DNA of 63,611 nt, filler included, from Sphacelaria rigidula (Eukaryota), in assembly GCA_964200075.2 (NCBI GenBank). It is 11 parts of 11 records of this genome, joined end to end, with 100 filler letters (N's around TTAATTAATTAA, not from the genome) between each part and the next. Parts side by side here need not be neighbours in the genome. Positions count along the whole stretch, not along the records: positions 23,169 to 28,860 come from CAXNAA020025210.1; positions 28,961 to 34,652 come from CAXNAA020025211.1; positions 34,753 to 40,444 come from CAXNAA020025212.1; 8 more parts are not named here. The stretch is one strand, 5' to 3'. Both the position numbers and the translations under genes were made by a program. The notes under the pieces are model-generated. The model searched no databases. It was not told the origin of the DNA and saw only the letters and a list, made by a program, of their open reading frames with translations. This document shows, piece after piece, positions 23,308 through 35,567 of the stretch (positions are counted from its first letter, which is position 1; every line of letters starts with the position of its first letter).

Positions 23308-26300
23308 TCATGGATCGGTACGATCAGTCATGAAGGAACCAGGGTTTCTGGCGTTGGGGTTCGAGTGATTGTGATTCGGCCCCGTGCGTTGGTGTCTATC
23401 GGCGGGATTCCGGTGACGGTAAGAAGAACTCTCTCTTCGCCGGGAGCTAGAGTTGTCGTAGTTGTTGGGACGACTGTCGCGATTCGAGCGAGTGTTGTCG
23501 CGGTTGTTGAAAGGGCGGCGAGAATGACGGTTGGGTGTGCGATATTCGCGCATGCGTTTCTGCCATCGGCGCAATGCTGGCTCATTGTCCTGCAGCTCAG
23601 AGTTCATGAGGTCAAAAGAGCTGATACAAGGGCGAGTACAATCGCGCAAACTGTGCCCTTGGGTGTTACAATTGATGCAACTATTTGCGTGGCGGCTGAA
23701 GGCCTCGTGTCTGGCAGCAGACGAGAGGAGGGGGTTCCACAGATGTGGGCCATCTGTAGTAAACGTACAGGTGGATACAGTGTAAACATCATCCCAAGTC
23801 TCGGCGAAGTACGGCCATCCGTCAAAACTGGCACTAAACGGATCTCTCTTGTTCGCAACGCTCATGACGGAGCCGGCCACGGAGTCAGGCACCCACGAGG
23901 AACGAAGCGAAGGGTGCGGCCGGCTACGGGACCCTGAAGGGGTCGAAGGAGAGCAGACTGTGAACGAACTGAAGCATACTTTTCGCCGCGAATGGCTGGC
24001 GTTAAATTATTTTCTTGATGGACAAACGCACTCCATATAGCATCCACAGAGGGATAAGGCACTTCGCGGTGGGCTGAAGCACCTGTAAATAGCGACGGCA
24101 TTAGAGTCGGGAACTGCTCGGACACACTATTCCTCACATATGATTGACACATTGCGTCCGACGGGCCAGTCTGGCGGCCTACTCCCATAGTACTGGAAAC
24201 GAGAAGCTTGAATTCTCGGAGGTACTCCGCGAAGGGGACATCTGTTGCGACACCGAAATGTCTAAGTCGTTGTATAGCACTCCCTTGAGTGCTGCGATCG
24301 AAGTAGCCGGTCAAGCGGCGCTCCAGATCACGGAGTAAATCCGGGCCTGACTTCCCCGAGGCCCGGTCCGCATCCATAGCGGCCATGAAACCATCAAGGA
24401 CTTGTGTCAACGCTGCGGCAGTGTAGAGCGAGCGACGGTTGATGGCGTGATGCAGAGCTTTGTGAAGAGGGGTCTGCCAACCATCAACCCAGTTGGAATT
24501 TTCGAAACGTTGAGCACCCGTAGAGCCTGCTAGCTGTAGGATGTTGCGAACGGTACGACGTATAGATGTGATGAGAGCAGAAGTGAATTGTCCCCACTCT
24601 TCGTTGTCTGCTGCAGGCATGGGTTTCACATGCCAAAGTTTTTTCACATCCATTTGGATGTATTCTCTCTGAATGGCGGTGGTGCGGGCGGATTCCGCTT
24701 GAGCGCCGGTTGCTGCTGCACTAGCTGCGGGTTGCGCTCGGTCGGCGGCAGCGGAAGCCAGAGAGTGCGACCACATACATGATGTAGCGCGACTTAGGTT
24801 GGCAGACCGAATCCTGGGCTTGGTGGAAGAAGAGCTCCACGAGCCGTTACTCTGGTGTGTCTTGTTCAAACCGGTGATGGGACGGGTCACACGGTGTGGT
24901 TGTGTCCTCCCAGAGAAGGAGCTTGAACCTCCGTGGTGGTTGCGAGAACCATCGCTGCGATTGCGCTCATGGTCGGCAACATCATGTCTGTGGCGTCGGA
25001 GACGAGGAGTCACCGAGATCCAGCCGTCATCAATTTGGGCTATGGCGGATTTGGAGACGGCGCGCAATGCATCGAAGAGCTCGACAATGGACAGCTCGTA
25101 AGGGGCGGTGGTTTGTTCGATGTGGTCGACTCATTGGCCTATAGTAATCGAAAAGAGGCCATCGGAAGGACAGACCTCGTCATGTTCAAGGTGGGAAGCG
25201 ACTGCGTTTTAAAGTGGTCGAACGAGCGCTAGCCAAGCGTCGCGAGAGCTTTGCAAAGGATTCGAGGAGGTGTACTTGCCCGCAAGAGTCTGCACAGAAA
25301 GCGTGAACCAAGGGATGCCATCGCAGTGGATGGCGAAGCGGCGCGATTCGGCACTGATGTCGGGGCGGGTGATCGTAGTAGGGGGGGTGGGGATGGCGTG
25401 CGGTGGGAGCGAGGGGCGGCTACGGCGTGAGAGACGCGTAAGCGCTCCTCCTGCAGTTCGCGGAGGGGAGCGTGACACTCCTTGGTGGAAAGTGTAGACG
25501 CCGCTGCATCTGTATTGCGTTGGCGATTGAGTGATGCTACGGTAGGGGTGCGCAAATATTTTCTGAGATTAGAATTATTTGGAGTCCTTTATCTCATGTA
25601 AAACACGACCTATGGAGAAAAATGGAAGTACGCCAGGATTTCTACTCCAATGTGCTGGAGATATCCCGAATGAATTTGCAAACGGGGATGCCCTGACCCA
25701 TATTTTTGTGCATCTAGAATCGTTAGGCGCCCCTGAACTAGACATAATTTCGCGACAAAAGCGCACCCCTACCGTATCATTGCTCGATTGACGAAAACAT
25801 TCATCATGGCTGGCGCGTGGTCAGCATACTCACGGATGAGTTGTTGTTGGGCAGTGCGGCCATGGTCCATGAAAATACGCGGGAGCAGCCCGAGTGGACA
25901 GTACTCCGGACCCAACTGTGGGCGGTCCTGCCGCGACGAAGGCGCAGGGTTGGACGGCGCGACAGTAGATGCAGGGGGGGGTTGGGCGGGTGCGAGTGCA
26001 CAAGGGGCCCCGAAGCCAGTATGGATACCACTATCGGCGTCAGTGTCGGCGACGGTGGCGGCAGCGGGAGCTGGAGCCGGGGCAGTAAAAGCTGCAGTTT
26101 TGGGGGGCACGGTGGGGGGCTGAGATATGGGGCTGTTCACAAGTGTTTGTACTGTGCGCTGTAAATCGGCGAGTTGTCACCGCAAGGAACGGATGACTGC
26201 CGCGTTAGAACGGGAAGAGCTATCGTGTGTGAGTCGAGCACGGCGACTGCGATGGCGTGAGTCGTAGGGCGGTTGGTCGCTGGAATGCGCGATCGACGAT

Positions 26301-27502
26301 TCGTCTGCTGAAGGAAGATCTGAGAAAGATCCCTCATGGCATCGGCGTGTACAGTAACATTATTACGTGGGGAGCGCCGACGTGAAGAAACCCTTGAGGC
26401 AGTAGAAATACGGGAGGAACGAGAGGTGTGTCTCGAATTGTCGTCACGCGCGGTCATCCGTGCGGCCGTGGCGGTGTGGTTGAAAGCCGAGGTCCGGTGG
26501 GGGTGGGCGCGGTTTGGCGGGGCTGGGCACTGGGGGCTGCTTGCCTGTCGGCGAAAGCCGAAGGAGAGCGGAGCAAGGTATTGCATAGAACTTGCAGTGG
26601 TGTGGCTACACTAACGTCCGGCGCAGGGGCTGGTTCAAGATTTATGCCAGAAGCAGCCGCCGGGACCGAAGACGGGTGTCCTGAGTTGTGCAAAGCAGAA
26701 GTCAAAACATTTGTCAACAAATCATGATTAGCCGGGGCAGGAAAAGCAGCCGCGGATGTTGACAAAGTGTGTACCAGCGGGGCAGCATGGGCAGTAGTGC
26801 CAGCAGTTGGGGGTCCGTTCGTGGGTGCCACCTGCACGACGGAACGGTCTTGGAATGAAGCTTGTACGACGAGATCCGCGCCGGCAGTAGAGGGAAGGGG
26901 TGGGGTTGGGGCCACGGGTAACACCAGCGTGGTTGGGGGGTGGGACACAGGGTGTGTCAAGACAGTAGAGGCAAGAGGTGGGATTGGCGCCACAGGTAAC
27001 ACCAGCGTGGTTGGGGGGTGGGACACAGGCTGTGTCAAGGTGGGTCCAGGATCGACGGCTGCGTCCGATGCGGTGTGTGCTACGACGGGTGCCACCGGCG
27101 TCGTAGAGGAGTGGGACACGGAGTGTGTCGGGAGGAAACCAGTATTGCCGAGTGTGTCGAAGGGGTGTGATGTACGACGGGTGCCACCAGCGTCGCAGAG
27201 GGTTGGGGCGCAGAGCATGTCGGGGAGGGGTGGTCACGGATGGGATGACGTGGGAGGGTCGGAAGGGTACGAGAATCCGAGCTATGATCGGAATCGGAGC
27301 TGGGAGGGGGCGATGAGAACTGCTCGGGTTGTTCCTCAAAACCGATGGATCGAGCAGCGCTGGAGGCTGGTTTGCGTAAAGCTGAAAAAGAATCGGCATC
27401 GGGTCCGGGAAAACTAGAAGATCCCTTAGTTTGGCTCCGCGTACGACGGGGTGGCTTAGCTCCCGTGTTGTGGGAGGAGGCGGTGGTGATACGTTGCGAC
27501 AT
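23308..27502 (-). mobile_element. Large Gag-like retroelement ORF1 (Pro-rich N-terminus, capsid-like domain, CCHC knuckle), disrupted
   Basis: The 401-aa ORF 23862-25067 contains MHR-like QRLRHFGVATDVPFAEYLREFKLL. Knuckle CINCNTQGHSLRDC at 23638-23679. Frameshifts, stops and a MITE insertion are present; a 72-bp internal repeat lies at about 26900-27040. Confidence 0.65.
25529..25785. mobile_element. MITE with GAG...CTC termini and 4-bp TSD GATT (Sola2-like)
   Basis: ~23-bp imperfect TIR GAGYRATGMTACGGTAGGGGTGC. TSD at 25525-25528 and 25786-25789. Removing it restores the host frame (MNVFVNRQRNTD). Confidence 0.9.
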
Positions 27503-30500
27503 GTGTGAAGCGTATACAGCGTCTACAAAGCGATAAGTTCAGAGAACCCAGAGCAAGAAGCGAAAGCCAATACGTAGATTCGTTTGTTTGTTTTTTTACG
27601 GGTGTACGATAGGGTGTACACAATTACCACAGTACAAAGGCAGAATACCACTAGAAGGCAATCAAGAAATGTCTAATTAGACCGCAAACTTGAAAGCGAA
27701 AACTGGTGTAAAACTCGGAAGGGCAGCCTGTAACAGTGCAGCCACGTTGGGTGTGGGACAATTACAAGTATGAATTTACGGCAACTTCGTGCAGATGTCG
27801 CCTGCGGTCTGCTGTTTTGCTGCACCAAAGTGGGCAGATGGGATGGAGGAAGTGGAGCGGATTTGGAGATAGCTGCCGAAAACAAGGATACCTCCTAAAC
27901 AGAATGGGGCAGATAGATTGCTGGTACCAGGTAAAACAACAAAGTGCAGGTTCACAGTTGGGTGGCTAATACAGCTAAAGGTGCGCGGCCAAAGAAAAGG
28001 TCACAGAGGAGACAGTGCGAACGCAGTAGAAGCAGCGCGTCGAGAAGCGCATGTAAAACGCGATTCAGGTGAAAGCGTGCTGCAGAAAATCGCTGCACGG
28101 AGCGAAGAGCAGGGAACGCTCCGTTGAGGCAACTATGCGTGCACGGGTACGGTACCGTAGGCTACTGCAAAACTCAATCAAGCGAATGGGAAGCAAACAA
28201 TTCACGTAAACAAAATTGCGGAACAAGCTACAGCAAAATGGGGAAACAGCAAGTAGAGGGCAGTACAGGCAATAGATAAGCAAACAACTGCTCTACTCTC
28301 GAAAGGGAAAACAAGCTATCAAGCAAGCAGATACTCCAAGTCGAACGCCAAATGTTATAGTGTTGTAAAGCATGCACTTGTGTGCAAGCCGGTCAGGTCA
28401 GATGCCTGCAAGATCAGCTCTGGCACTGGCAAGGGTCAGGTTGTGTCCGAAATCAGTTCACATTACAATAGCTTCACGCAGTAAGCTATACCCACTTGAT
28501 ACAAAGGACTCTTGTTCACTCGTATTCGTTATCGCTCCGTTCAATGTTCTCTCAGCTGCTCTCCGGCTACAGCAGTTGCTTAGCAGTCAGCTCCACCTTA
28601 GCGAGTAACCGAGGTGCCTCAGGAAAAGCCCTGCCTGTACCTTTTATCAGTCTCACATCCGGCCTAGTCAAGCTTGATCAGACCCGCAACAATAAAATCC
28701 GAGATTTGATCATAGACGCGTCCTAGCTTCATGACAGTCAATTAGTAAATGAATCGTTTCAGTTCCGAAATGCCCCTCCAAGAGGCCCGATATGCTTTCT
28801 GAGTCATCCTAAGATAGGGGGGGGGGGGGGGGTACTCATGATCATGCTTGCCATAGAGATNNNNNNNNNNNNNNNNNNNNNNNNNNNNNNNNNNNNNNNN
28901 NNNNTTAATTAATTAANNNNNNNNNNNNNNNNNNNNNNNNNNNNNNNNNNNNNNNNNNNNACGTGATTAGTTACGCCGCTAATTTGCTATCAGAGTAAAG
29001 ACTCACAAAATGCAAGCAGCTAGGCTGTGCTGCGTATTTCCAACACACCATAACAACCTTTAATCGTCAGAAAACGATTCGGAAATACCAGTCATCATGT
29101 GTGTCCTCATGCTCAACAAGCGCCCTCACAAGTACTTGACCCTCGGCAATATTCATTCCGGAGCTCACCACTATATATATCACTCATCTCAGATGATCCC
29201 CGCTTTGGCTACAGCGTGAGCATATTCACTTAGCCCCCCTGTTCACGGCTCAGCCATGACTTGAAAACCTATACCGTTGAAAACCGGAATGGGAAAATAA
29301 CAACTCGACATAAAAATGGAAAAACCTTAACCCGTCCTCAAACTCCACAAATATATATTTTAAAAAGCATTATTTACCCAGAAAATAGTGCGTCCAATAT
29401 TTTATGCCACCCAAAGCCTATACCACTTTCCCCTTCGCGGGAATATCTTCAATGCAAGTCTGAAGTCAAAAAGGGTTGATATTGTCTTATCCTCCGCCCC
29501 CTTGCTTTCGCGGCCATATCGCTTCTTTCAAAACATTTGCACTCTTTCCACAAACATGATGCAGACGAAGGAATAAATCAAACTACGTTAGCATCTCGGT
29601 GGTACTAGAAACTGAGGTTTATCCGATCAAACTCGAACGGAACTACGATCGAACATACGATACAGTTCAAAAGGGTCTGGCCGAGGTTTATACGTACAAT
29701 AAAAGTCTTGAGTCTGAATGTTCAAACACTCTAGACCAACGCCAGTTTATCCACGTGAAATGATCCTAAACAAATATTCAAATGTCAACTGAAGTATGCC
29801 GATCGTAACTACTGCAAGTCTGATGTCCTATCAAATAAATCATCACTGCCGCGCAGCAGTCGCAGAAATGCATCCTCACATAACCCATAGGTGTCAAACC
29901 TCGAACAAAAACCATGCAGAGTATAAACCCGCTGATGAGCTGGACATGTCAGCATCTATCTCCGACCTCTGCGTTTCTCCTCTGGTCAAAAGCCTCGAAT
30001 CCATCTTCGCGCTCCATTCCAATCAATATGCTCCTCCGTATTTCCATGCAATTTTCATGCCCGCCCTGCTTCTTTGCCCCCACCGCTTCCTTGACTGTCC
30101 GTACTCAACCACATGAGGGTCCCTACGCGCCCCCCTTCTCGATATGACCGGCATCGCGCCATGCGTGAAACGTTTTTTGCCGATAGAGTCGGTGGTAGCG
30201 GCAGTGGCAGCGGCTATCGTTAACTTGTTCGCGATGCTGTTGGCAGAGCAGGTGGTAGTGGTGGCGACTGCGGTTTTGTCGGCGATGGTAAAGGGACTGG
30301 GAATTAAGATGGTTGTCGCGTGTGGTGCAGCCGTGGGACTGTTGGAGTGGGAATCAACCGCGGGACTGTAGTAGCAGGAGTAGGAAGTGTAGCTGTGGTA
30401 GTAGGTGTTAACGATGGTGATGCGGCAACGGGGAAGGGTGACGATAATGTCGGTATACCGGCGGCGTTGGCGACGCGATCAATGGTGCTCTCCCCCCCCC

Positions 30501-30734
30501 CCCCCCCCCCCGGGCGACGCCGCTGGGGAAAATTGCTGACGAGTTACCGTCCACGCGACGCTGTTGGTGATGTCCATTTTACGTTGCGGTTGGCCGCCCG
30601 TGGAGGGTTGTTGGTTGGGTGCCGGTGCCATGTACCTTCTCTCCCCCTCACTCAAATCCCCAACACTTGAAAACCGAGTACCAGAATGCGGAAATTTTGG
30701 TCGACACTCAGAGGCTTTGGGGTAGGAATAGAAT

Positions 30735-31056
30735 TCGGGGGAACTTACTGACATTCGCTCGCCGTGAAGTGGAATCCGGAGCCAGGGGAAACTCACTGAC
30801 AATCGCTTGTTGTGTAATGGGAACAGTATGAGAGGGAATCTTACTGACATCGATTCGCTGTGGGAAAGAAGCGAAATCTGTGGGAATCTTACCGATATTA
30901 ACTCGCTGTTCAGCATAAGCAAAATCTGGGGGGAACTTACAGTCACTAGCTCGTTGGGGAGCAGAATCAAAATCCGGGGGAATCTCACTGACACTAACTC
31001 GCTGTTGATCAGAAGCAAAATCGGGGGGAATCTTACGAACACTAGCTCGTTGTGGG
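30735..31056. repeat. Degenerate ~48-bp tandem repeat, 7 copies, inside an insertion (about 30487-31075) in the Copia element
   Basis: GGAA(T)CTTACTGAC-like anchor at about 30740, 30788, 30835, 30883, 30932, 30979 and 31027. Confidence 0.85.
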
Positions 31057-31423
31057 ATGGATGAAGTGTCACTCTCAGTGGCGACAACAGGAGTGACTAC
31101 TAGGAGCTGTCCGTAGGTTGATGACAGGCGTGTGGCGAATTGTGATGATGAACGATCACTGTAGTCGACACGTAGCTTACCGTTGAACAGGTGTACACCT
31201 TTTTCATCACAGATTACTCGTTGGCTCGTTTGCGCGCCCGGTGAACAGAGAATACATGAAACTGAATCCCTTCCAAAACATAAATATCCGTAAGGAGTAC
31301 ACACACTGCATCAACATGAGCGGGGTTGTTCGCACGTGCTTGATAAAAACTCAACTTGAGACTCCCTACAGCCTTAACCGGTAGCACCTTACCATCCCCT
31401 AGAACAACGTTCTCTCTCCCACT

Positions 31424-31671
31424 GACTCATGCCGAGATAGCCCCACCACAAAAGTGCACGTGAGACGGTGCGACAAAATGGCTGCGATCTCACTATTGGG
31501 CTCGTTTCCAGTAATGTCGCCCACATGAGAGGCGTGGAGCAGTTAGAAACTAGCTATTACACCCAAATAAGTCGCGCCGTGCAGCACGAAACCAGCTTTA
31601 ACGGCATTTATGTTCATCGCCTCCGTACACTTGTTTGGCCGGTTCGGGGGGGGGCTATCTCGGCAGCAGTC
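31424..31671. mobile_element. MITE interrupting the Copia protease region
   Basis: TIR core TGCCGAGATAGCCCC (from 31430) and GGGGCTATCTCGGCA (to 31665). The Copia peptide resumes on both sides. Confidence 0.75.
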
Positions 31672-33875
31672 ACTGGTGGAGGACGAGTATAGAAAACGTC
31701 GGTCATGTTGCCTGTAATGCGGTGCGATGTACCTGAGTCTGCAATCCATAGTTCTGAATCAGAAAGAGGCGGAGATTTCACCTGATGCAACATCCTACCC
31801 TTCACATCGAAATTATCCAAAGTGAAAACGTTTTTTTCTTGTGCGGCTGAAAGCGCCATGTACACATTACCACCAGGGGTATCAGCACGCGGCAGCTCGA
31901 CAGTTGACGTTTGGTGGGGGTTCACCGGATGGGGATATTGGTCGGATGACTTGTAGTAGAGTGACGAGTATGACGGTGGTTGTGCATCGGAGGAAGGATC
32001 ATGGTGGGATTGGTCTGGTGGTGGAAGTTGTGATGGGGGATAGGTCTGTAGTGCGGTCGATGAGGAATGGTGTTGGGATTGGTTGTGTTGTGAAGACGGT
32101 GGTGGGTGGTAATTGGGTGATGGAGGTGATATGTAGCAGGGGAGATGTTCGGTGATGGTGGTAGGTTGCGACTGCACTTGATGTTGCGAGGTATGATACT
32201 GTACTCTGTGTTGGCAAAACCGGCATCGCTGAAAGCATCGTCCTCATAGACAAAGTTATCAATGCTCTCATGGTGCTGGTGGGCGGGATCAGTCTGCTGA
32301 ACGGTTTTGGCTTGTGGTGGATGGTTGTGGATTTGGTGTTGTGGATGCGGGTAATGGGATTGTGATGATATATGGTTGGTTATGTGGTTGGACTGTTGTT
32401 GGTGGCGTGTTGGGCCCTGATGACCTGAGGAACGGTGGTGATCTGGGCCTGTGTATGTTGGTTGGTGGGTGTGGTGCTGCTGAGTGTGGTGATGCTGGGC
32501 GTTGTGCTGGCGAGGAAGGCAGTTAGGACAGTTGAATGGACAACGAATTTGGTAGGCTCGTTGATTGGCTTGGTGTACCATACCACGGCCTGGTCCCGAC
32601 CGGTTCCACGGACTGTGTAGTCGCCATTGGTGTTGTCTCCGGGAATACCACCCCCCTCGACCACCATGACCACCGCTGAAGTGTTGCTGTGGGCCATGAT
32701 TGGAATGGGAACTGAATTGTTGTGGGCAATTGGTGTAGTTTGGAGGGATATTGTGGTAGTTGTATTGATTTTGGGAATTGTGGGATCTTCGGCGCCCCCG
32801 TTCGACCTTCTGCCTGGTGAACCATGATTTCTTCCACCATTGGTGCTAGAGGCGGAAAGTGCACGATTCAGAGTTGGATTTTGCTCTCTCCTGTCAATTG
32901 TGCTTCAGCATACGCATTTTCTAGTTGGCTAGTTGGCGAGTGACCTCTTCTATACCTATCTCACGCAGTGCTAATAAACTCCTACGTTCATGCTCGTATT
33001 CTGACGAAAGGCATCGAAAATATATATCCAATTCTTCGCGCTTCGTGCGAATGGACTGTGCCTGCGAGAGAAACTTCATCGGCAATTCACCGTCAGCCAT
33101 CTGTAACGTTTGCCATTTTTACTCCAACTTAGCTTTTGCCGTGGCTGCTGGAGTCCTGCAGTACTTGACGATGTAGTCCCATCCTTGGCTTGGGTTCGTA
33201 CACTAGGGGGAGATATGTTACCTTATCGAGAATTATCTTCATGGCCTTTTTTGCTTTGCCGACAGCTACATATCCAAAATGTGCTTGCGAATCCGCCTCG
33301 TTTTCACGATTTGCGCTGATGGGCTTGTCAACTGACAAAGTGTCACATAGCAGTCTTTATCCTTGAAGCACGCACACATCTGGATGTAAAATACATCGAA
33401 CCCGTCCCTGGCATTACTGGATGTTGCAGCTTTTTCATCCCAAGGTGGAATGCTGTTGTTGCTGGGAGCACGGTGGGAATTGGGGTTGTGCAACGGTGCT
33501 TGCGGTGCTGTTGAAGCAGGCATCACTGGTGTACTGTTCATTGTCTGCTGCATTATTTTTATCTGTCCGATAAGATGTCCCACTTGTTCTTCCATGGTCG
33601 TGGGGTGCTGATACTCTTCCATATGAAAACCTGGTCAAATTGTCAACCTTGCTCGCCCATTACTCGAACCTGAAAACCTTCACACCTTGCTCTCCAAAAC
33701 TCTTCGACTCAAACTCTCCTCTTCTTGCTCAAATGCTCTCCAATCTCAAACCCTACTACAGAAGCGGTAGATCTCTTCCGCTAGCGCGATAAACCGCTCT
33801 GATGCGGGTGTAAGCGTCCACACAACTCAAGCACGTGATCAGTAGTCAGTAGCCTCGTTCAGGAAAATAACAGTA

Positions 33876-34122
33876 GAGTGATGCTGCGATAGGGTCAGCA
33901 CTTTTACGGCCTGAGATTAAAAATGTGAGGAACCCTTTATCTCATCCAAAACACGATTTTTGAAATATGTGAGAGTACGCCAGGGTTTTTCTTCCAATTT
34001 GCTGGGGATATCCCGAATGAATTTGCAAACGGGGATATCCTCACCCATATTCTTGAGTAGTTCCTAATTTTAGGAACCCCTGAATCAGGCCGGTTTTGGC
34101 AGACCCTATCGCAGCATCACTC
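33876..34122. mobile_element. Sola2-like MITE, TSD AGTA
   Basis: Perfect 21-bp TIR GAGTGATGCTGCGATAGGGTC. TSD at 33872-33875 and 34123-34126. Interior homologous to 25529-25785. Confidence 0.9.
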
Positions 34123-34458
34123 AGTAGTTCTGTATGTAGCGTTTTGATTATCTCGCTGTCACACTCTGCCTACTCAGCCAGATGACCTCGGTCACTCACA
34201 CTCTGCTACTCAATAGCACACCCTCAATCTCTTCCTCTCAACACCACACACACGGACTCACAACATACACTTATGCAAATCCCCTGAGCAAGGCAGACAG
34301 ATGGCACCCAGAACCCGACCTGACTGACTGAGGGTGGGCGTCCGGCGACTCGATTGCCCGTACTGTGCACGCGTAACTGAACTCGCATAACCTACGTTAT
34401 GAGACATTATTCCTCTGATCGGTTACCTAATCCTCCGCAATCGCAACATGGTTGATGC

Positions 34459-34612
34459 CAGTGTTGCACATCACCTATCGAATATCGATGTGATTTCGAT
34501 AAATATCGCGATATGCCATATCGTTATCGGAGCGTAGAAAACCGATAAATGTGATATTTATCAATATTGAATATCGAATATCGAATATCGATATTCTCGA
34601 TATATATATATT
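34459..34612. mobile_element. ATCGAT-rich MITE end (CAGTGTTG start, hAT-like)
   Basis: Dense ATATCGA repeats after CAGTGTTGCAC. Confidence 0.45.
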
Positions 34613-35311
34613 TTTTGTCACATTAGCTCTATTTCCTGAAACAGTCGTCACANNNNNNNNNNNNNNNNNNNNNNNNNNNNNNNNNNNNNNNNNNNNTTAA
34701 TTAATTAANNNNNNNNNNNNNNNNNNNNNNNNNNNNNNNNNNNNNNNNNNNNGAATGGCCCAAAAGTTGCGTGGATACCCCTTGGACCAGCGATCAACTT
34801 TCTTCTCCTTTTTGGGCAATCGGGACGAAGAAATCGTGAGTTTGGTGATTTTGAGTCGTCATGATGATTTGTCTTAACGGTGCAACTTTTGAATCTATGT
34901 TACAACTTCATTGTCCACCTCGTCAAGCGAAGTTTCTCATTCGAATGATGATGGGCCTTCCAACATCAGACAGACCGTGTATCCCAGGGGAATGAAGCGC
35001 TAATACGGGTGGCTACGCGTCAAGATGAGAGTGAGCACTCGTTCGCCTGGTTTTTACTGCGACAGTAAGTATCGACCTTCACTCTCGCCCTTGGAAGACG
35101 AGCGATGGCAAGCAAGACTTATACGAGTCGTATTCATCACGTGCAAGCAATTTGGTTCCCTCCACCCGGGGCGACCTCAAGTTTTAGTCGTGTATCTATG
35201 GTTGATTTCTCGAGCAAATTAACAATAGAGCCAACCCTAACCCCGACCAAGGGCGTTGGAGACCCTCGTGCAAGAGGGTTGCACAGGTTCTCCTAGGCAG
35301 AGTGTGCGTTG

Positions 35312-35567
35312 GAGCAATGCTACGGTAGGGGTGCCCTTTTTTCGCGAAATCATGTCTAGTTCAGGGGCTCCCAACGATTCTGTATGGACAAAAATATGGG
35401 TCAGTGCCTCCCCGTTTGCAAATTCATTCGGGATATCCCCAGCACATTGGAGTAGTAATCCTGGCGTACCTTTACATTTTTCATAGCTCGTGTTTTGCAT
35501 GAGATAAAGGGCTCCTCACAATTCTAACCTCAGAAAATATTTGTGCACCCCTACCGTAGTATCACTC
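35312..35567. mobile_element. Sola2-like MITE, TSD GTTG, opposite orientation
   Basis: GAG...CTC termini. TSD at 35308-35311 and 35568-35571. Reverse complement of 25529-25785. Confidence 0.9.

Larger units (their letters stand above)
29230..34400 (-). mobile_element. Ty1/Copia retrotransposon remnant (gag - protease; no integrase or RT recognised) with nested MITEs
   Basis: Gag start at 33622 with Copia-gag-like LQMADGELPMKFLSQAQSIR...LSSEYEHER; protease WIADSGTSHRIT (DSG 31731-31739) followed by NVVLGDGKVLPVKAVGSLKL; PBS-like GGTTATG on minus at about 34386-34392; PPT-like at about 29233-29240. Confidence 0.75.

Noticed and set aside
30735..31056. CRISPR-like array (conserved ~25-nt core with variable intervals)
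   Set aside because: The cores are degenerate, the intervals resemble each other, there are no cas genes, and it sits in a eukaryotic TE. It is a 48-bp minisatellite.
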